Shown: one piece after another, positions 1 through 9,944 of the stretch
Position numbering within the stretch: the stretch's first letter is position 1
Layout: every line of letters begins with the position of its first letter
Assembly (NCBI GenBank): GCA_965216635.1
Contig: OZ244188.1
Coordinates: forward strand, 1,408,001-1,472,000
DNA length: 64,000 nt
Direction: 5' to 3'
From: a bacterium
GTDB taxonomy: Bacteria; SAR324; XYD2-FULL-50-16; G965216635
Notes under the pieces: model-generated
The model's input: only the letters and a program-made list of their open reading frames with translations
Told to the model about the DNA's origin: nothing
The model's database searches: none
Program-made: the position numbers and the translations under genes

Positions 1-91
1 GGAACTTCCGTCAAGGAAACTCCTTTTAAGAACGTTTCTTTTAAGCCCAAAAATAGTTTAAAAAGTTCAACTTGTTTTGGCTAGACTTTGG

Positions 92-139
92 CAAGCCCCA
101 ATAGTGTGGTAAGCATCAATGAAATTCAAAGGTCTATAA
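92..139. repeat. Partial end of dispersed palindromic MITE-like element
   Basis: ggcaagccccaatagtgtggtaagcatcaatgaaattcaaaggtctata matches the reverse complement of the left end of the copy at 28121. Confidence 0.75.
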
Positions 140-152
140 AAGCATCTAAATT

Positions 153-1607
153 TTAACTTTTGGAAATAGTTTTGTGCCACTCCATTGTAGCATTCGTAAT
201 GGACTGTTCTAACCAATCTTTGAATCTTTTTATAGTATCCTCCTGTTTTTCTTTGTAATTGAATTGGAACAAGCTCTTTACAGCTTCTAATCCAGTATCA
301 GGTGTATTATTTTCTTCTTGTTGAAAAACAAAAGCAGAAACCACCATAATCCCATCCGATGCGTATCCATAGGTATGAAAACTCAAAACAAAAGAAAATT
401 TTGATTTTGTTTTTATGCTTAGTCTAACCCAAGATTTGTAATCATCTAAATTCGCGTAATAATCAAATTGATGGGCTATTTCTACAATTTGTTGCTTAAA
501 ATAATAATTTTTTTTGTTATCAAAATTCGCCTCTGCTACATAAGTATAAAATGAGGAAGATATTTTCTTTATTTTTTTATATAACTGTTTTTCAATTTTT
601 TTAACTTCTTTTAAAGTTATTTGTTGTAATTCTTTCGCTGTAGCATAAACCTCTTTTAATTCATCGCGATGTTTTTGTTTTTGTTTTTCTAAATGCTTAA
701 TAGCAGAATCTAAAATTTCTTCTGTGAGGTTTGTTTGAATTTCTTTTTCAATATTGAGAGCAGATAAAAGTTCTTTTTTTTGAAGTTCAATAAAAAGCGC
801 AACTAAAGTTGATAAATTTCCTTGGTCGGCTGATTCTAAAGACTCAATGTAGCGAGTTCTATCAGAATCTCTAATTACAAGTGGAAAAAAATGATTTTTA
901 AGTAGAACTAAAGAAGCTAACGCTCTTGCCATCCTACCATTACCGTCTTGAAAGGGGTGAATTTGTGTAAAGCGATGGTGCAACCAAGCAGACAACACTT
1001 CAGGAGCAGTTTGTTTTTCCACTTCTTCTGTATACCAAAATAGTAATTGTTCTATTTCTTCTTGAACGAATTCTGGAGGACAGTAGTAGTGCATATCTCC
1101 GTTTCTTTTGGGGTTGTTAGGAAGTTTTTTATAATCTCCTTTTAAAAGGGCTATCTTTTGTTTTTTTCCATCTGCTGTAATGGCTTCAGTGTTTTCTTGA
1201 TTTTTGGTAAATTCGCTATGAAGGCTACGGATAAAGTGTGAATCCAAAGGACGTTCTTCTTTGATAAAGTCAAAGAGACCATTTATTACGCTTTCGTGGT
1301 CTTGAATCATTGCATAAGCATTTTGACTCTTTTCTTGTCCCAAGCCACTTTTATTAGAGATAGCAGGCAGAGTGATACCCTCATTTATCAGTATTTCAGT
1401 TACCCCTCTATCCCACACATAAAGCCTTTCTACAATTCCAGTCTCAATAGCCCACTTTCTTTTTAGTTTAATTAGAAAATCTTGATAGTTTTTTGACTTT
1501 TCTATTTCTTTAAATTTTTTTTGCCAAACAACGCCTAAAGAGGCTAATTCTGTAGAGGCTAATTTTCTATCTTCATTTCTTAAAGGCAAGATTTTTTTGT
1601 AGTCCAT
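153..1607 (-). CDS. Fic domain protein (AMPylase-type) with C-terminal extension
   Basis: Canonical Fic motif HPFQDGNGRMAR. Confidence 0.9.
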   Translation of the reverse strand: MDYKKILPLRNEDRKLASTELASLGVVWQKKFKEIEKSKNYQDFLIKLKRKWAIETGIVERLYVWDRGVTEILINEGITLPAISNKSGLGQEKSQNAYAMIQDHESVINGLFDFIKEERPLDSHFIRSLHSEFTKNQENTEAITADGKKQKIALLKGDYKKLPNNPKRNGDMHYYCPPEFVQEEIEQLLFWYTEEVEKQTAPEVLSAWLHHRFTQIHPFQDGNGRMARALASLVLLKNHFFPLVIRDSDRTRYIESLESADQGNLSTLVALFIELQKKELLSALNIEKEIQTNLTEEILDSAIKHLEKQKQKHRDELKEVYATAKELQQITLKEVKKIEKQLYKKIKKISSSFYTYVAEANFDNKKNYYFKQQIVEIAHQFDYYANLDDYKSWVRLSIKTKSKFSFVLSFHTYGYASDGIMVVSAFVFQQEENNTPDTGLEAVKSLFQFNYKEKQEDTIKRFKDWLEQSITNATMEWHKTISKS

Positions 1608-1616
1608 TGCTGACCT

Positions 1617-2618
1617 TTAAGATTTTTTCAACCAAGAAAACATTTTCCGCAATTGTATTCCTACCTTTTCTATTGGATGTTCTGCATCTTTTTTTCGCAT
1701 CGCTTTAAAATTATCTGCTCCGCTTTCGCATTCGGCTATCCACTGTTTTGCAAAACTACCGTCTTGGATTTTCGCTAAAATATTCTTCATAGCATTTCTT
1801 GCTTCTTGTCCTATAATTTCTCGAGAACGCAGCATACCACCATATTCAGCAGTCTCTGATACAGAATAATTCATTCCGCTAATACCGCCTTCGTACATCA
1901 AGTCTACTATCAGTTTTACTTCGTGTAGACATTCAAAATATGCAATATGGGCGGGGTATCCCGCTTCTACTAGAGTATCAAAACCCGCTCTAATCAATTC
2001 CGAAATACCTCCACAAAGCACTGCCTGTTCCCCAAAAAGATCGGTCTCGGTCTCGTCTTTAAAATTGGTTAAAATCACTCCCGCTCTAGCTCCTCCAATT
2101 CCTTTTGCCCAAGCCATAGCCGATTCAAAAGCCTTTCCTGAAACATTCTGATAAATGGCTATAAGGCACGGCACGCCTGAGCCTTCTTGGTAGGTTCGTC
2201 TTACAAGATGTCCAGGTCCCTTTGGAGCTATCATCACTACATCTATATTTTTAGGAGGAATTACCTGTTTGAAATGAATGCTAAAACCGTGTGCAACGCA
2301 GAGAGTATTTCCAGCCTCCAAATAAGGCGCAATCTCTTTGTTATAAATCTTTTTTTGGTGCTGATCTGGAGTTAGCATCATAATTATATCAGCCCACTTG
2401 GCAGCCGCTGCGGGTGTTTGTACTGTCAATCCTTCTTGGTCTGCTTTAACTCTACTAGCAGAATTCTCTCTTAACCCAACAACAACATTCATCCCACTAT
2501 CTTTTAAATTAAGGGCGTGAGCGTGCCCTTGACTACCATAACCGATAACAGCAATTTTCTTATCCTGTATTAAGGATAAATCTGCATTGTCTTCATAATA
2601 AATTGTTAAATCTTCCAT
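1617..2618 (-). CDS. ilvC: Ketol-acid reductoisomerase
   Basis: [44 protein letters not shown]. Confidence 0.98.
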   Translation of the reverse strand: MEDLTIYYEDNADLSLIQDKKIAVIGYGSQGHAHALNLKDSGMNVVVGLRENSASRVKADQEGLTVQTPAAAAKWADIIMMLTPDQHQKKIYNKEIAPYLEAGNTLCVAHGFSIHFKQVIPPKNIDVVMIAPKGPGHLVRRTYQEGSGVPCLIAIYQNVSGKAFESAMAWAKGIGGARAGVILTNFKDETETDLFGEQAVLCGGISELIRAGFDTLVEAGYPAHIAYFECLHEVKLIVDLMYEGGISGMNYSVSETAEYGGMLRSREIIGQEARNAMKNILAKIQDGSFAKQWIAECESGADNFKAMRKKDAEHPIEKVGIQLRKMFSWLKKS

Positions 2619-2714
2619 AGTATCTGTATTTTGAATTAGATGTTATAAAAAAGTCATAGGATAATGAAAAAATATTATAAAATCAATCCTAAATTACTTA
2701 TACAAACTTAGGCT

Positions 2715-2930
2715 CTAGAAAACTTGCATAATCTCATTATTGTGGCACCACAAAACTTGCATAATCCCAAAAAGAAATGTAAAAAAACCAAATGGTCGTA
2801 CCGGTGGCTCTTTTACTATAACCCTTATGAATAGATAGCAGTAAGAGAGCCTTTATTCACAAATGGTAAGAGTTAAAAAAAAAAAATCAACGCTGCATAG
2901 GCTAAACTAGATAAGCAAATACGACAGTCT
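2715..2930. repeat. Degenerate copy of MITE-like element
   Basis: Shares modules acaaaacttgcataat, aagagttaaaaaaa..tcaacgctgcataggctaaa and a decayed ..cagtcta end with other copies. Confidence 0.6.
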
Positions 2931-2945
2931 ATCAAATAAACACTT

Positions 2946-4328
2946 ATGTTTTTCAACACACTTTATATTGTTATTTTTGCACTACTATTCCCCTTTTTTT
3001 TACTGAAAATTTGCATTTCTACCCATTTTAGGAAAATTTTTTTTTATAGACTAAGGGCTAGCTTCTCTGTCCCGCAAGTTTTTTCCTCTCATACTCTTTG
3101 TGATAAAAATTGGATTTGGATACACGCAGCTTCTGTAGGAGAAGTGGATTTAGTGAGGCTATTACAAGAAAAATGGCAAGCTCCTTATTTTATCACGACG
3201 AACACACTCGGTGGACTAACCCAAGCCAAAAAATTCAACCCTCATTCTTTTATAGCTCCCTTAGATTTTAGCTGGTCAATAAAAAACTGGTTCAAAAAAA
3301 TAAAAATTAAAGGCTTGGTTTTGATAGAAGCTGAAATCTGGTATAATACTATTTCTCTTGCCGCCAAAAAATGCCCTGTAGCTTTAGTCAATGGTAGGGT
3401 GCAAAAAAAAGATGGGCTGAATCATTATGCAAACCGTATGCTATACCAAAAACTATTCACGCAATTTTCTCTAATATTAGCTTCCAATCAATCAAGCTAC
3501 GATTTTTACTGTTCCCTAGGAAAAGACAAAAAGCAAAAAACAGAAAACAACAAACCAAAAATAGCCTACAGTGGCAATTTAAAATTTGCTTCTAGCTCCA
3601 TTGGGCAAACCATTGGCAAACTTAACCTCTCCTCGCACCACCCCATAAAAACAGCCAGTAGAACAGCCAGTAGCACAGCCAGCAGAACAGCCAGTAGCAC
3701 AGCCAGCAGCAAAAAAAAAAACTCCGCGACAAAAACAGGAGCCAAGTTATTTTTAGCAGCCTCTCTACAACCCGAAGAGCTTCCTATTATTTTGGATGCT
3801 TATTTTCTCGCCAAACAAAAAATTCCTTCTTTGTATTTGGCTTTGATTCCTAGGCACCTAGAAAAGACATCTCTTTTTTTAAAACAACTTCCTAAAAAAA
3901 CACAGCTCATAACCAAACATCCTCTCAAAAGCTGTTTTTTTGAAAACTCGGCACAAAAAATTCTTTTTATTCCTCTACTAGGTGTGCTAAAAGATTGGTA
4001 TGCGAATGCTGATAGTGTTTTTGTAGGAGGCTCTCTTTGTGCTAGAGGAGGACAAAATATTATAGAGCCTTTGAGTTTTGGAGTGCCTACCGCAACAGGT
4101 TATAATACCAAAAATTTTGAATTTGCGATGGAGCTATTTCTTCCAGTCGCTTCTATCTGCAAAGTAAATAATGCGGCTGAACTATCCGATTTTATTGTGC
4201 AGAGTCTCCAAAAACCAGCTTCGTTTCAAAAAGGATTAGCATTAGCACAAAAAATCATTACCGAGCAGAACTCTTCGCTTTCTTATACTGTAAAGGAATT
4301 GAAAGATATTTATAGAGACCTTTGCTGA
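2946..4328 (+). CDS. waaA: 3-deoxy-D-manno-octulosonic acid (Kdo) transferase
   Basis: WIHAASVGE, APLDF, SGNLKF, PRH, FVGGSL..GGQNIIEP; carries a 5x12-bp insertion at 3651-3710. Confidence 0.93.
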   Translation: MFFNTLYIVIFALLFPFFLLKICISTHFRKIFFYRLRASFSVPQVFSSHTLCDKNWIWIHAASVGEVDLVRLLQEKWQAPYFITTNTLGGLTQAKKFNPHSFIAPLDFSWSIKNWFKKIKIKGLVLIEAEIWYNTISLAAKKCPVALVNGRVQKKDGLNHYANRMLYQKLFTQFSLILASNQSSYDFYCSLGKDKKQKTENNKPKIAYSGNLKFASSSIGQTIGKLNLSSHHPIKTASRTASSTASRTASSTASSKKKNSATKTGAKLFLAASLQPEELPIILDAYFLAKQKIPSLYLALIPRHLEKTSLFLKQLPKKTQLITKHPLKSCFFENSAQKILFIPLLGVLKDWYANADSVFVGGSLCARGGQNIIEPLSFGVPTATGYNTKNFEFAMELFLPVASICKVNNAAELSDFIVQSLQKPASFQKGLALAQKIITEQNSSLSYTVKELKDIYRDLC

Positions 4329-4376
4329 ATCTAGTCTATTTTTTAAGGAACGACTACCTAATAATTAAACTCAAAA

Positions 4377-5549
4377 ATGGCAACAAAAATAAATACCATC
4401 TTAAACGCAGCTCGCATTCATTGCGAAAGAATAATCAAACCCAGTGTAAATAATTGGAATGATATGGCTAAGTGGCCCAGAGCGGCTTCTAATAAAGCGG
4501 CAGCTGCAGGTTTGACGGGTTTGTATTGTCCTAAAGAACTAGGAGGGCAAGGCTTATCTTTAGAAGAAGGAATTCAAGTTTATGAAGAATTAGGCAAAGG
4601 AGATGGGGCTTATGCTTTTGCCTTGTCTATGCATAATATTTGTAGCTATGCTATTTGTAATTTTGCGGGTGATACATTTAAAAAGAAATGGGCAAAAGAT
4701 ATTACTGCGGGTCGTAAGCTAGTTAATTTTGCTTTAACCGAACCGCAATCTGGTTCAGATCCTGCCGTAATGTTCACTAGAGCCAACTCTAATAAGGATA
4801 ACAGTTTTACTATTAATGGCTCTAAGGCTTGGGTTTCTCTAGCAAACGAAGCCGATGTTTATCTAGTTGTTGCAAAAACTTCTGACAAAGCTGGTTATAA
4901 AGATATGGTAATGCTCGCAGTGCCCAAGGGAGCTAAGGGTTTAAGTTTTGGAACTTTATACAACACTCCTTCCTATCGTTTTTTACCTATGGCGGAAATG
5001 TATTTAGACAAAGTAGAAGTTCCAGCAGAGAATCTTATTTTACCAGCAGGCAAAGCCTTTAGTGGTGCATTGATGGCTATAGATATTGCCCGAGTTTCTA
5101 TTGCCTCAGGTTGTTGTGGGCTTATCAGCTCTGCTCTAGATATTGCTTTGCGCTATACTAAAGATAGAAAAATGTTCGGCACTACAAATTTAAAACTAGA
5201 CGGTATTCAATGGATGTTAGGAGAAGTAGCTACAGATTTAGAAATATCGCGTTTGCTTTATCGTAAAGCGGCTTCTGCGCTAGGTAGCGAAGAAGGAACT
5301 TTAACAGCAGCCTATGCCAAAAGATTTGTACCCGATGCGGCTTTAAGAGCAGTCAACACCTGTACTCAAGTATTAGGAGGAATGGGGCTTTTAAAAAATT
5401 ATGGATTGGATAGACTCAGCCGTTTAGCACAAATGCTTAAAATTGTGGATGGAACAACAGAAATCCAAAGACTGATTATTGGTCGCGATTTGATGAAAAG
5501 AGCAGAAGCATTACCAACTATCTCTATTCCTAAAGGCTATGGCGAATAA
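4377..5549 (+). CDS. Acyl-CoA dehydrogenase family protein
   Basis: FALTEPQSGSD, INGSKAWVS, QVLGGMG, IVDGTTEIQR. Confidence 0.93.
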   Translation: MATKINTILNAARIHCERIIKPSVNNWNDMAKWPRAASNKAAAAGLTGLYCPKELGGQGLSLEEGIQVYEELGKGDGAYAFALSMHNICSYAICNFAGDTFKKKWAKDITAGRKLVNFALTEPQSGSDPAVMFTRANSNKDNSFTINGSKAWVSLANEADVYLVVAKTSDKAGYKDMVMLAVPKGAKGLSFGTLYNTPSYRFLPMAEMYLDKVEVPAENLILPAGKAFSGALMAIDIARVSIASGCCGLISSALDIALRYTKDRKMFGTTNLKLDGIQWMLGEVATDLEISRLLYRKAASALGSEEGTLTAAYAKRFVPDAALRAVNTCTQVLGGMGLLKNYGLDRLSRLAQMLKIVDGTTEIQRLIIGRDLMKRAEALPTISIPKGYGE

Positions 5550-6702
5550 CTCAGCTGGTATTTCCTTTTCTGGTATTCCCTTTTCTGGTATTTCCTTTTC
5601 TGGTATTTCTTTTTCTAGGAGAACCCGTCTTACTCCTTTTAGTCAAAAAGTAGAAAATGCAGGAGCGAAAAGCTATACTATCTATAACCACATGCGCATC
5701 CCTACAGTTTTTCAGGGATTAGAAGAAGATTATCACCACCTAAAGAAATATGTTCAAGTATGGGATGTTTCTGCTCAAAGGCAAGTCCAGATTCAAGGAA
5801 AAGATGCTGCTGTCTTAGTGCAAAAAATGACTCCTCGCTCGCTGAAAAAAATGAAAGTAGGAAGGTGTTATTACGCACCTTTAATCAATAGTGAAGGAGG
5901 CATCATCAACGACCCAGTTGTTTTAAAAATAGCAGAAAATTGCTATTGGTTGTCTTTAGCAGATTCTGATATATTATTGTGGACAGCTGGTTTAGCAGAA
6001 GGGTTTGGAATGGATGTAAATCTATCTGAGCCTGCTATTTTCCCCTTAGCAGTGCAAGGACCCAAGGCAGAAGACTTAATGGCATCTGTTTTTGGAGAAG
6101 TTGTGCGAAAGATTGGTTTTTTTCGTTTTCAGCACTTACCCTTTCAGGATACTTCTTTTATTGTTGCCCGTTCAGGTTGGAGCAAGCAAGGAGGCTTTGA
6201 GATTTATCTTTCCGATTGGAAACTAGGAGAGACTCTATGGGACGTCCTTTTTGAAGCAGGTCAATCTATGAATGTGCGTGCAGGCTGTCCTAATCACATA
6301 GAAAGAATTGAAGGCGGGTTGTTATCTTACGGCAACGATATGAGTCCAGAAAACACGCCTTACGAATGCGGAATGGCTAAAATATGTGATGCCGAAACAA
6401 TGCAATCCTGCATTGGAGGAAACGCCTTGCAAAAAAGAACTTTACAAAAACCCCAACAAGAAATTCGCGGTTTTTTCATTGAAGGAAAACCAGTGCCCAA
6501 CTGCAGTTTTGCTTGGCAAGTTTTTGCTGAAAATAGACGAGTGGGACAAATCACCTCTGCGGTCTGGTCACCAGATTTCAAAAACAATATAGCAATCGGA
6601 ATGATTCAAGATTCCCACTGGGAAAATGGAACTTGTGTTGTTGTCCGAGCCCCTGATGGAGATAGACAGGCTAAGGTTTGCTCCCTTCCTTTTGTAAAAT
6701 AG
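5539..6702 (+). CDS. dmdA: Dimethylsulfoniopropionate demethylase (GcvT family)
   Basis: SRRTRLTPF..YTIYNHM.IPTVF..EEDYHHLKK.VQVWDV.AQRQV, RAGCPN.IERIEGGLLSYGNDM resemble DmdA rather than generic GcvT. Confidence 0.85.
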   Translation: MANNSAGISFSGIPFSGISFSGISFSRRTRLTPFSQKVENAGAKSYTIYNHMRIPTVFQGLEEDYHHLKKYVQVWDVSAQRQVQIQGKDAAVLVQKMTPRSLKKMKVGRCYYAPLINSEGGIINDPVVLKIAENCYWLSLADSDILLWTAGLAEGFGMDVNLSEPAIFPLAVQGPKAEDLMASVFGEVVRKIGFFRFQHLPFQDTSFIVARSGWSKQGGFEIYLSDWKLGETLWDVLFEAGQSMNVRAGCPNHIERIEGGLLSYGNDMSPENTPYECGMAKICDAETMQSCIGGNALQKRTLQKPQQEIRGFFIEGKPVPNCSFAWQVFAENRRVGQITSAVWSPDFKNNIAIGMIQDSHWENGTCVVVRAPDGDRQAKVCSLPFVK

Positions 6703-6777
6703 ATAGAACCCTTCTGCTTTTCCATTCTACTGCATTTTTAAATTTCCAAAAACTAGCTTCTTCACATCTTTCTTTAT

Positions 6778-6817
6778 ATAGACCTTTGAATTTCGCCAAA
6801 TAAAACAAAACTAGCTA
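6778..6817. repeat. MITE-like element end remnant
   Basis: atagacctttgaatttcgccaaataaaacaaaactagct corresponds to one terminus of the copies at 13317 and 28123. Confidence 0.7.
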
Positions 6818-6941
6818 GAAACAGAAAAAAAGGGTGCCAATAGCCAATAGGATAGCTTGACAAGAAAATTTTTTTTTGCAATTATTCTTTATAAAGGATA
6901 AGCAGAAAAAATAAAAAACCGCCAATAGCCAAAAAAATATA

Positions 6942-6970
6942 TTGACAAAATTGTTTTTTTATGTTAATTT
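6942..6970 (+). promoter_or_regulatory. Putative sigma70 promoter of OMP paralog 1
   Basis: TTGACA-17 nt-TAATTT with TGn extension; identical spacing upstream of paralog 2. Confidence 0.55.
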
Positions 6971-7004
6971 TTATTTTAATACTAACTTTTAATTACAAAT
7001 AATT

Positions 7005-8408
7005 ATGAAAAACATAAATTCCCAAGTTTTAAGGAAAACTTTTGCTGTTCGTTTCGTTTTGGCTCGTTTTATTTTGGCTCGTTTTACTCTGGTTCGTTTT
7101 ATTTTGGCTCGTTTTGTTTTGGCGGCTATTCTTGTTCCCGCTCTTCTTATAGGAAGTGCTTTTACTTTTGGAGGCAGCAATCTGCAAGCACAGGCGGTTC
7201 AGAGTAATACAAAATCGGGATTTTTCGCTGGTTTTGTCTATCTAAATGGTTTTAAAGTAGATAGCAGCACTAAAACCACTGGAGTCACTAATGCTATTAC
7301 TACTATTACTGGTACCACCAGAACATCCTATGAGGTTGGTTCAGCTATCACTACTAGCATAGAAGCAGACGCTTCTTCTGTATTTAAGAATGCTCAGAAA
7401 GCTGGAATAGAAGCTCTTGTAGCGGCAAACTGTGAAACAGGAGCATCAAGCATTGTTGCAAACGATGGAACCTATGATATTCATATTCCAGACCAGATTG
7501 TTGCTCTGGGTTCTTTTGATGTAGGCACAAGAGCTGCTGTAGGTGCCACGCAAACTAACTTGAATGATGATGGCAATGTATGGACTTTGAATACATGTTC
7601 CGATTACTTTGATTCTAATGCTTTAACCGATGCTGATTTTGCTGATTATCAAGTGCCCGACGCTACTACAGTGCAGGGTTCAATAATATCAACAACAGAT
7701 ACAGACACCTTGACAACAACAACCAACAAGAGCGATAAACTCTCAGGCATTGGTCTGCAATTCGGCTGGCGAGGGGAAAAATGGAGAGCCTCCTTGACTC
7801 ACTTTACTGGTAAAGGGGGAGCTAACGAGCTCGTCAATACAGTAGTTATGGCGGATTATTTTTTTAACGAGGATTTTTTTGTAGGAGGCGGTCTAGCGAG
7901 TATGAAGCTTACCAATTCTACCAATGGCTCTACCAGTGCATCTGCTATTAGCCCAGCTATCCAAATCGGCTATAAAAAGAAATTAACCTCCAACCTATCG
8001 CTTAATTTTGGCTTGAAGAAGTATATCTCGGGGGTTTCTCTAAAAAGCAGCACAACTCCGACAACTACTCCCTATACTCCCGACCCTATTTCAAATCCTA
8101 CTGGCACTACAACAAACCCCTTGCCCCCTATTAAACAGAAGCCAATAGAAGGAAGGGAAAAATCAGTAATGATTGGCATTCAAATTTCAGATCCCGATAA
8201 TGTCACTTTAAACTCTCTTTTTCTTAACTCTAATGTTGATTCTAGAATAGAAGCAACCCAATCTGGAAGCAGAACCGTTACTATAGAAGAAACTATTGAG
8301 ACTGGCACTACAACCACAACAGAAGGAACAATAGAAACAACCACAGAGAGCGCTGCCGAGCTCAAAGCACCCCTCGTCATCAGCATCTCCTTCCATTTGA
8401 GTTTTTAA
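7005..8408 (+). CDS. Outer-membrane beta-barrel protein with two large Thr-rich variable inserts (putative adhesin), paralog 1
   Basis: Long signal peptide ending LQAQA, amphipathic strands, terminal HLSF; paralog at 48601-49956. Confidence 0.75.
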   Translation: MKNINSQVLRKTFAVRFVLARFILARFTLVRFILARFVLAAILVPALLIGSAFTFGGSNLQAQAVQSNTKSGFFAGFVYLNGFKVDSSTKTTGVTNAITTITGTTRTSYEVGSAITTSIEADASSVFKNAQKAGIEALVAANCETGASSIVANDGTYDIHIPDQIVALGSFDVGTRAAVGATQTNLNDDGNVWTLNTCSDYFDSNALTDADFADYQVPDATTVQGSIISTTDTDTLTTTTNKSDKLSGIGLQFGWRGEKWRASLTHFTGKGGANELVNTVVMADYFFNEDFFVGGGLASMKLTNSTNGSTSASAISPAIQIGYKKKLTSNLSLNFGLKKYISGVSLKSSTTPTTTPYTPDPISNPTGTTTNPLPPIKQKPIEGREKSVMIGIQISDPDNVTLNSLFLNSNVDSRIEATQSGSRTVTIEETIETGTTTTTEGTIETTTESAAELKAPLVISISFHLSF

Positions 8409-8852
8409 GAAAAAAAAACTGAGTCCTAGCCCCACATTAAGAAATTACTGGAGATATTAAGGGACATTTTTTTAGCAATTATTTCTGTAAATTGCAGAGG
8501 ACACTCTTGATGAAAAACTGTACAGGGTTAAACTTATGGCAATCGCTTTGAGAAAAAGTTGTGCCACTGGTTGAATAAGCAAAAGATGGGTCCTCGTATT
8601 CCCGCCCACCTGTAATGAAAGGCTCCCAAAAACTGCCTGATTCAAAAATAGTCTTAGTTTGTTGCATCGTAGTCCATTTTATTAGATAGTCTTTAATTTG
8701 ATTTCACGGCATCTTTGTAGTACAATTTTGCGGGTGATACTTTTTTGGAACCTAATATAAAATAAAACATTTTTTTATTTTAATCTTTGGTTTATTTTAC
8801 TTGCTATTTTTTTTTATTTTTGCTAACTATATATACTATAGTCTTTAACACA

Positions 8853-9179
8853 ATGAGCCCAGCAAATTATAATTGTTTAACGAAGCATATTTATAACAAA
8901 GTCTTTGAATCTTTTGAAAAATATGATCCTAATCTGGTAGAGGCTGATTATAACTTGGATAGTGTCAGCATCTGTTTTGGTGATGGCACTCGCTTTGTGG
9001 TCAATCGTCAACCGCCCGTAAAACAACTTTGGCTTGCTACGAAAAACAAGGGCTATCATTTTGATTATAACGAAAAAACAAAAGAATGGGTTTGTAATAA
9101 AACCCGAAGGAGTTTCACTGATGTTTTTAATGAAAGTGTTTCTCAAATGATCAAACAAACTTATAAAATTGAATTATGA
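8853..9179 (+). CDS. cyaY: Iron donor protein CyaY (frataxin)
   Basis: FVVNRQPPVKQLWLA..GYHFDY..W; ATG at 8853 preferred over the TTG at 8787. Confidence 0.9.
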   Translation: MSPANYNCLTKHIYNKVFESFEKYDPNLVEADYNLDSVSICFGDGTRFVVNRQPPVKQLWLATKNKGYHFDYNEKTKEWVCNKTRRSFTDVFNESVSQMIKQTYKIEL

Positions 9180-9691
9180 AAAAAATAAAACTAGGGTTAG
9201 TGCTCGGTTTGTTGTTTATGAGTGCTTTTCCAGCAATAGCTGCTCAAGTGAACTTTGTAGTTGTTGATTTACAAACGGTGATTAATGGATCTAAAGCAGG
9301 CAAGGATTCTATTTCTCAGTTAAAAAAAAAGTTCCAAAATGATGAACAAAGTCTTAAAAGTCAAGAACAGAAAATACAAACTTTACAACGAGAATTACAG
9401 CAATCTTCTCTTTTAAGCCAAACTGCTAAAGTGAAAAAACAGGAAGAACTTTTTAGGATTCAACAAATTTATACTAGAAATAAAGAATTTTTTTTTCAGA
9501 AAGTGGGGCTAGAAGAAAAAAGGCTTAGAGATAAAATTTTAGGCGAGGTCAGAATTTTAATAGAAAAAATCAGTAAGAAAAAAAAATACGACTATGTATT
9601 GGAAAAAAATATTGAAAGGTTTATTTTGTTTAGTAAAAATAATATAAAAGATATTACTCAGGAAATCATTCGTGAGTATGATAAACAATAA
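9176..9691 (+). CDS. skp: OmpH/Skp periplasmic chaperone
   Basis: Signal peptide, VVDLQTVINGSKAGK, coiled coil, YDYVLE, DITQEII; upstream of fabZ. Confidence 0.88.
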   Translation: MKKIKLGLVLGLLFMSAFPAIAAQVNFVVVDLQTVINGSKAGKDSISQLKKKFQNDEQSLKSQEQKIQTLQRELQQSSLLSQTAKVKKQEELFRIQQIYTRNKEFFFQKVGLEEKRLRDKILGEVRILIEKISKKKKYDYVLEKNIERFILFSKNNIKDITQEIIREYDKQ

Positions 9692-9693
9692 AA

Positions 9694-9938
9694 TAGACCT
9701 TTGAATTTGCGTTATGTGACGGCTAGGCAAGGCGAAAAAATTTTTTAGCTCGTAGGAATACTCAAGTATTTCAAGAGTTAAAAAATTTTTTCAATGGCGT
9801 AGTAAAAAACACTATAAACCTTGCATTAAGCAAGAATGAACTGTGAAACAGCCCTTTGGCTGTTTCACAAATAGTCCATAAAAAGCGTCAAGCAATAAGC
9901 TTGTTTTGGCTAAACAGAATGCAAATTCAAAAGTCTAT
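9694..9938. mobile_element. Complete MITE-like palindromic element
   Basis: About 20-bp terminal inverted repeats TAGACCTTTGAATTTGCGTT / AATGCAAATTCAAAAGTCTA; internal perfect hairpin gtgaaacagcc-cttt-ggctgtttcac; near-identical copy at 50044. Confidence 0.88.
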
Positions 9939-9944
9939 AAAATT

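Noticed and set aside
9906..9944. N-terminal extension of FabZ (likewise 50842-50922 for the MFS transporter)
   Set aside because: The TTG starts come from the repeat end; downstream ATG/GTG starts fit the protein families better
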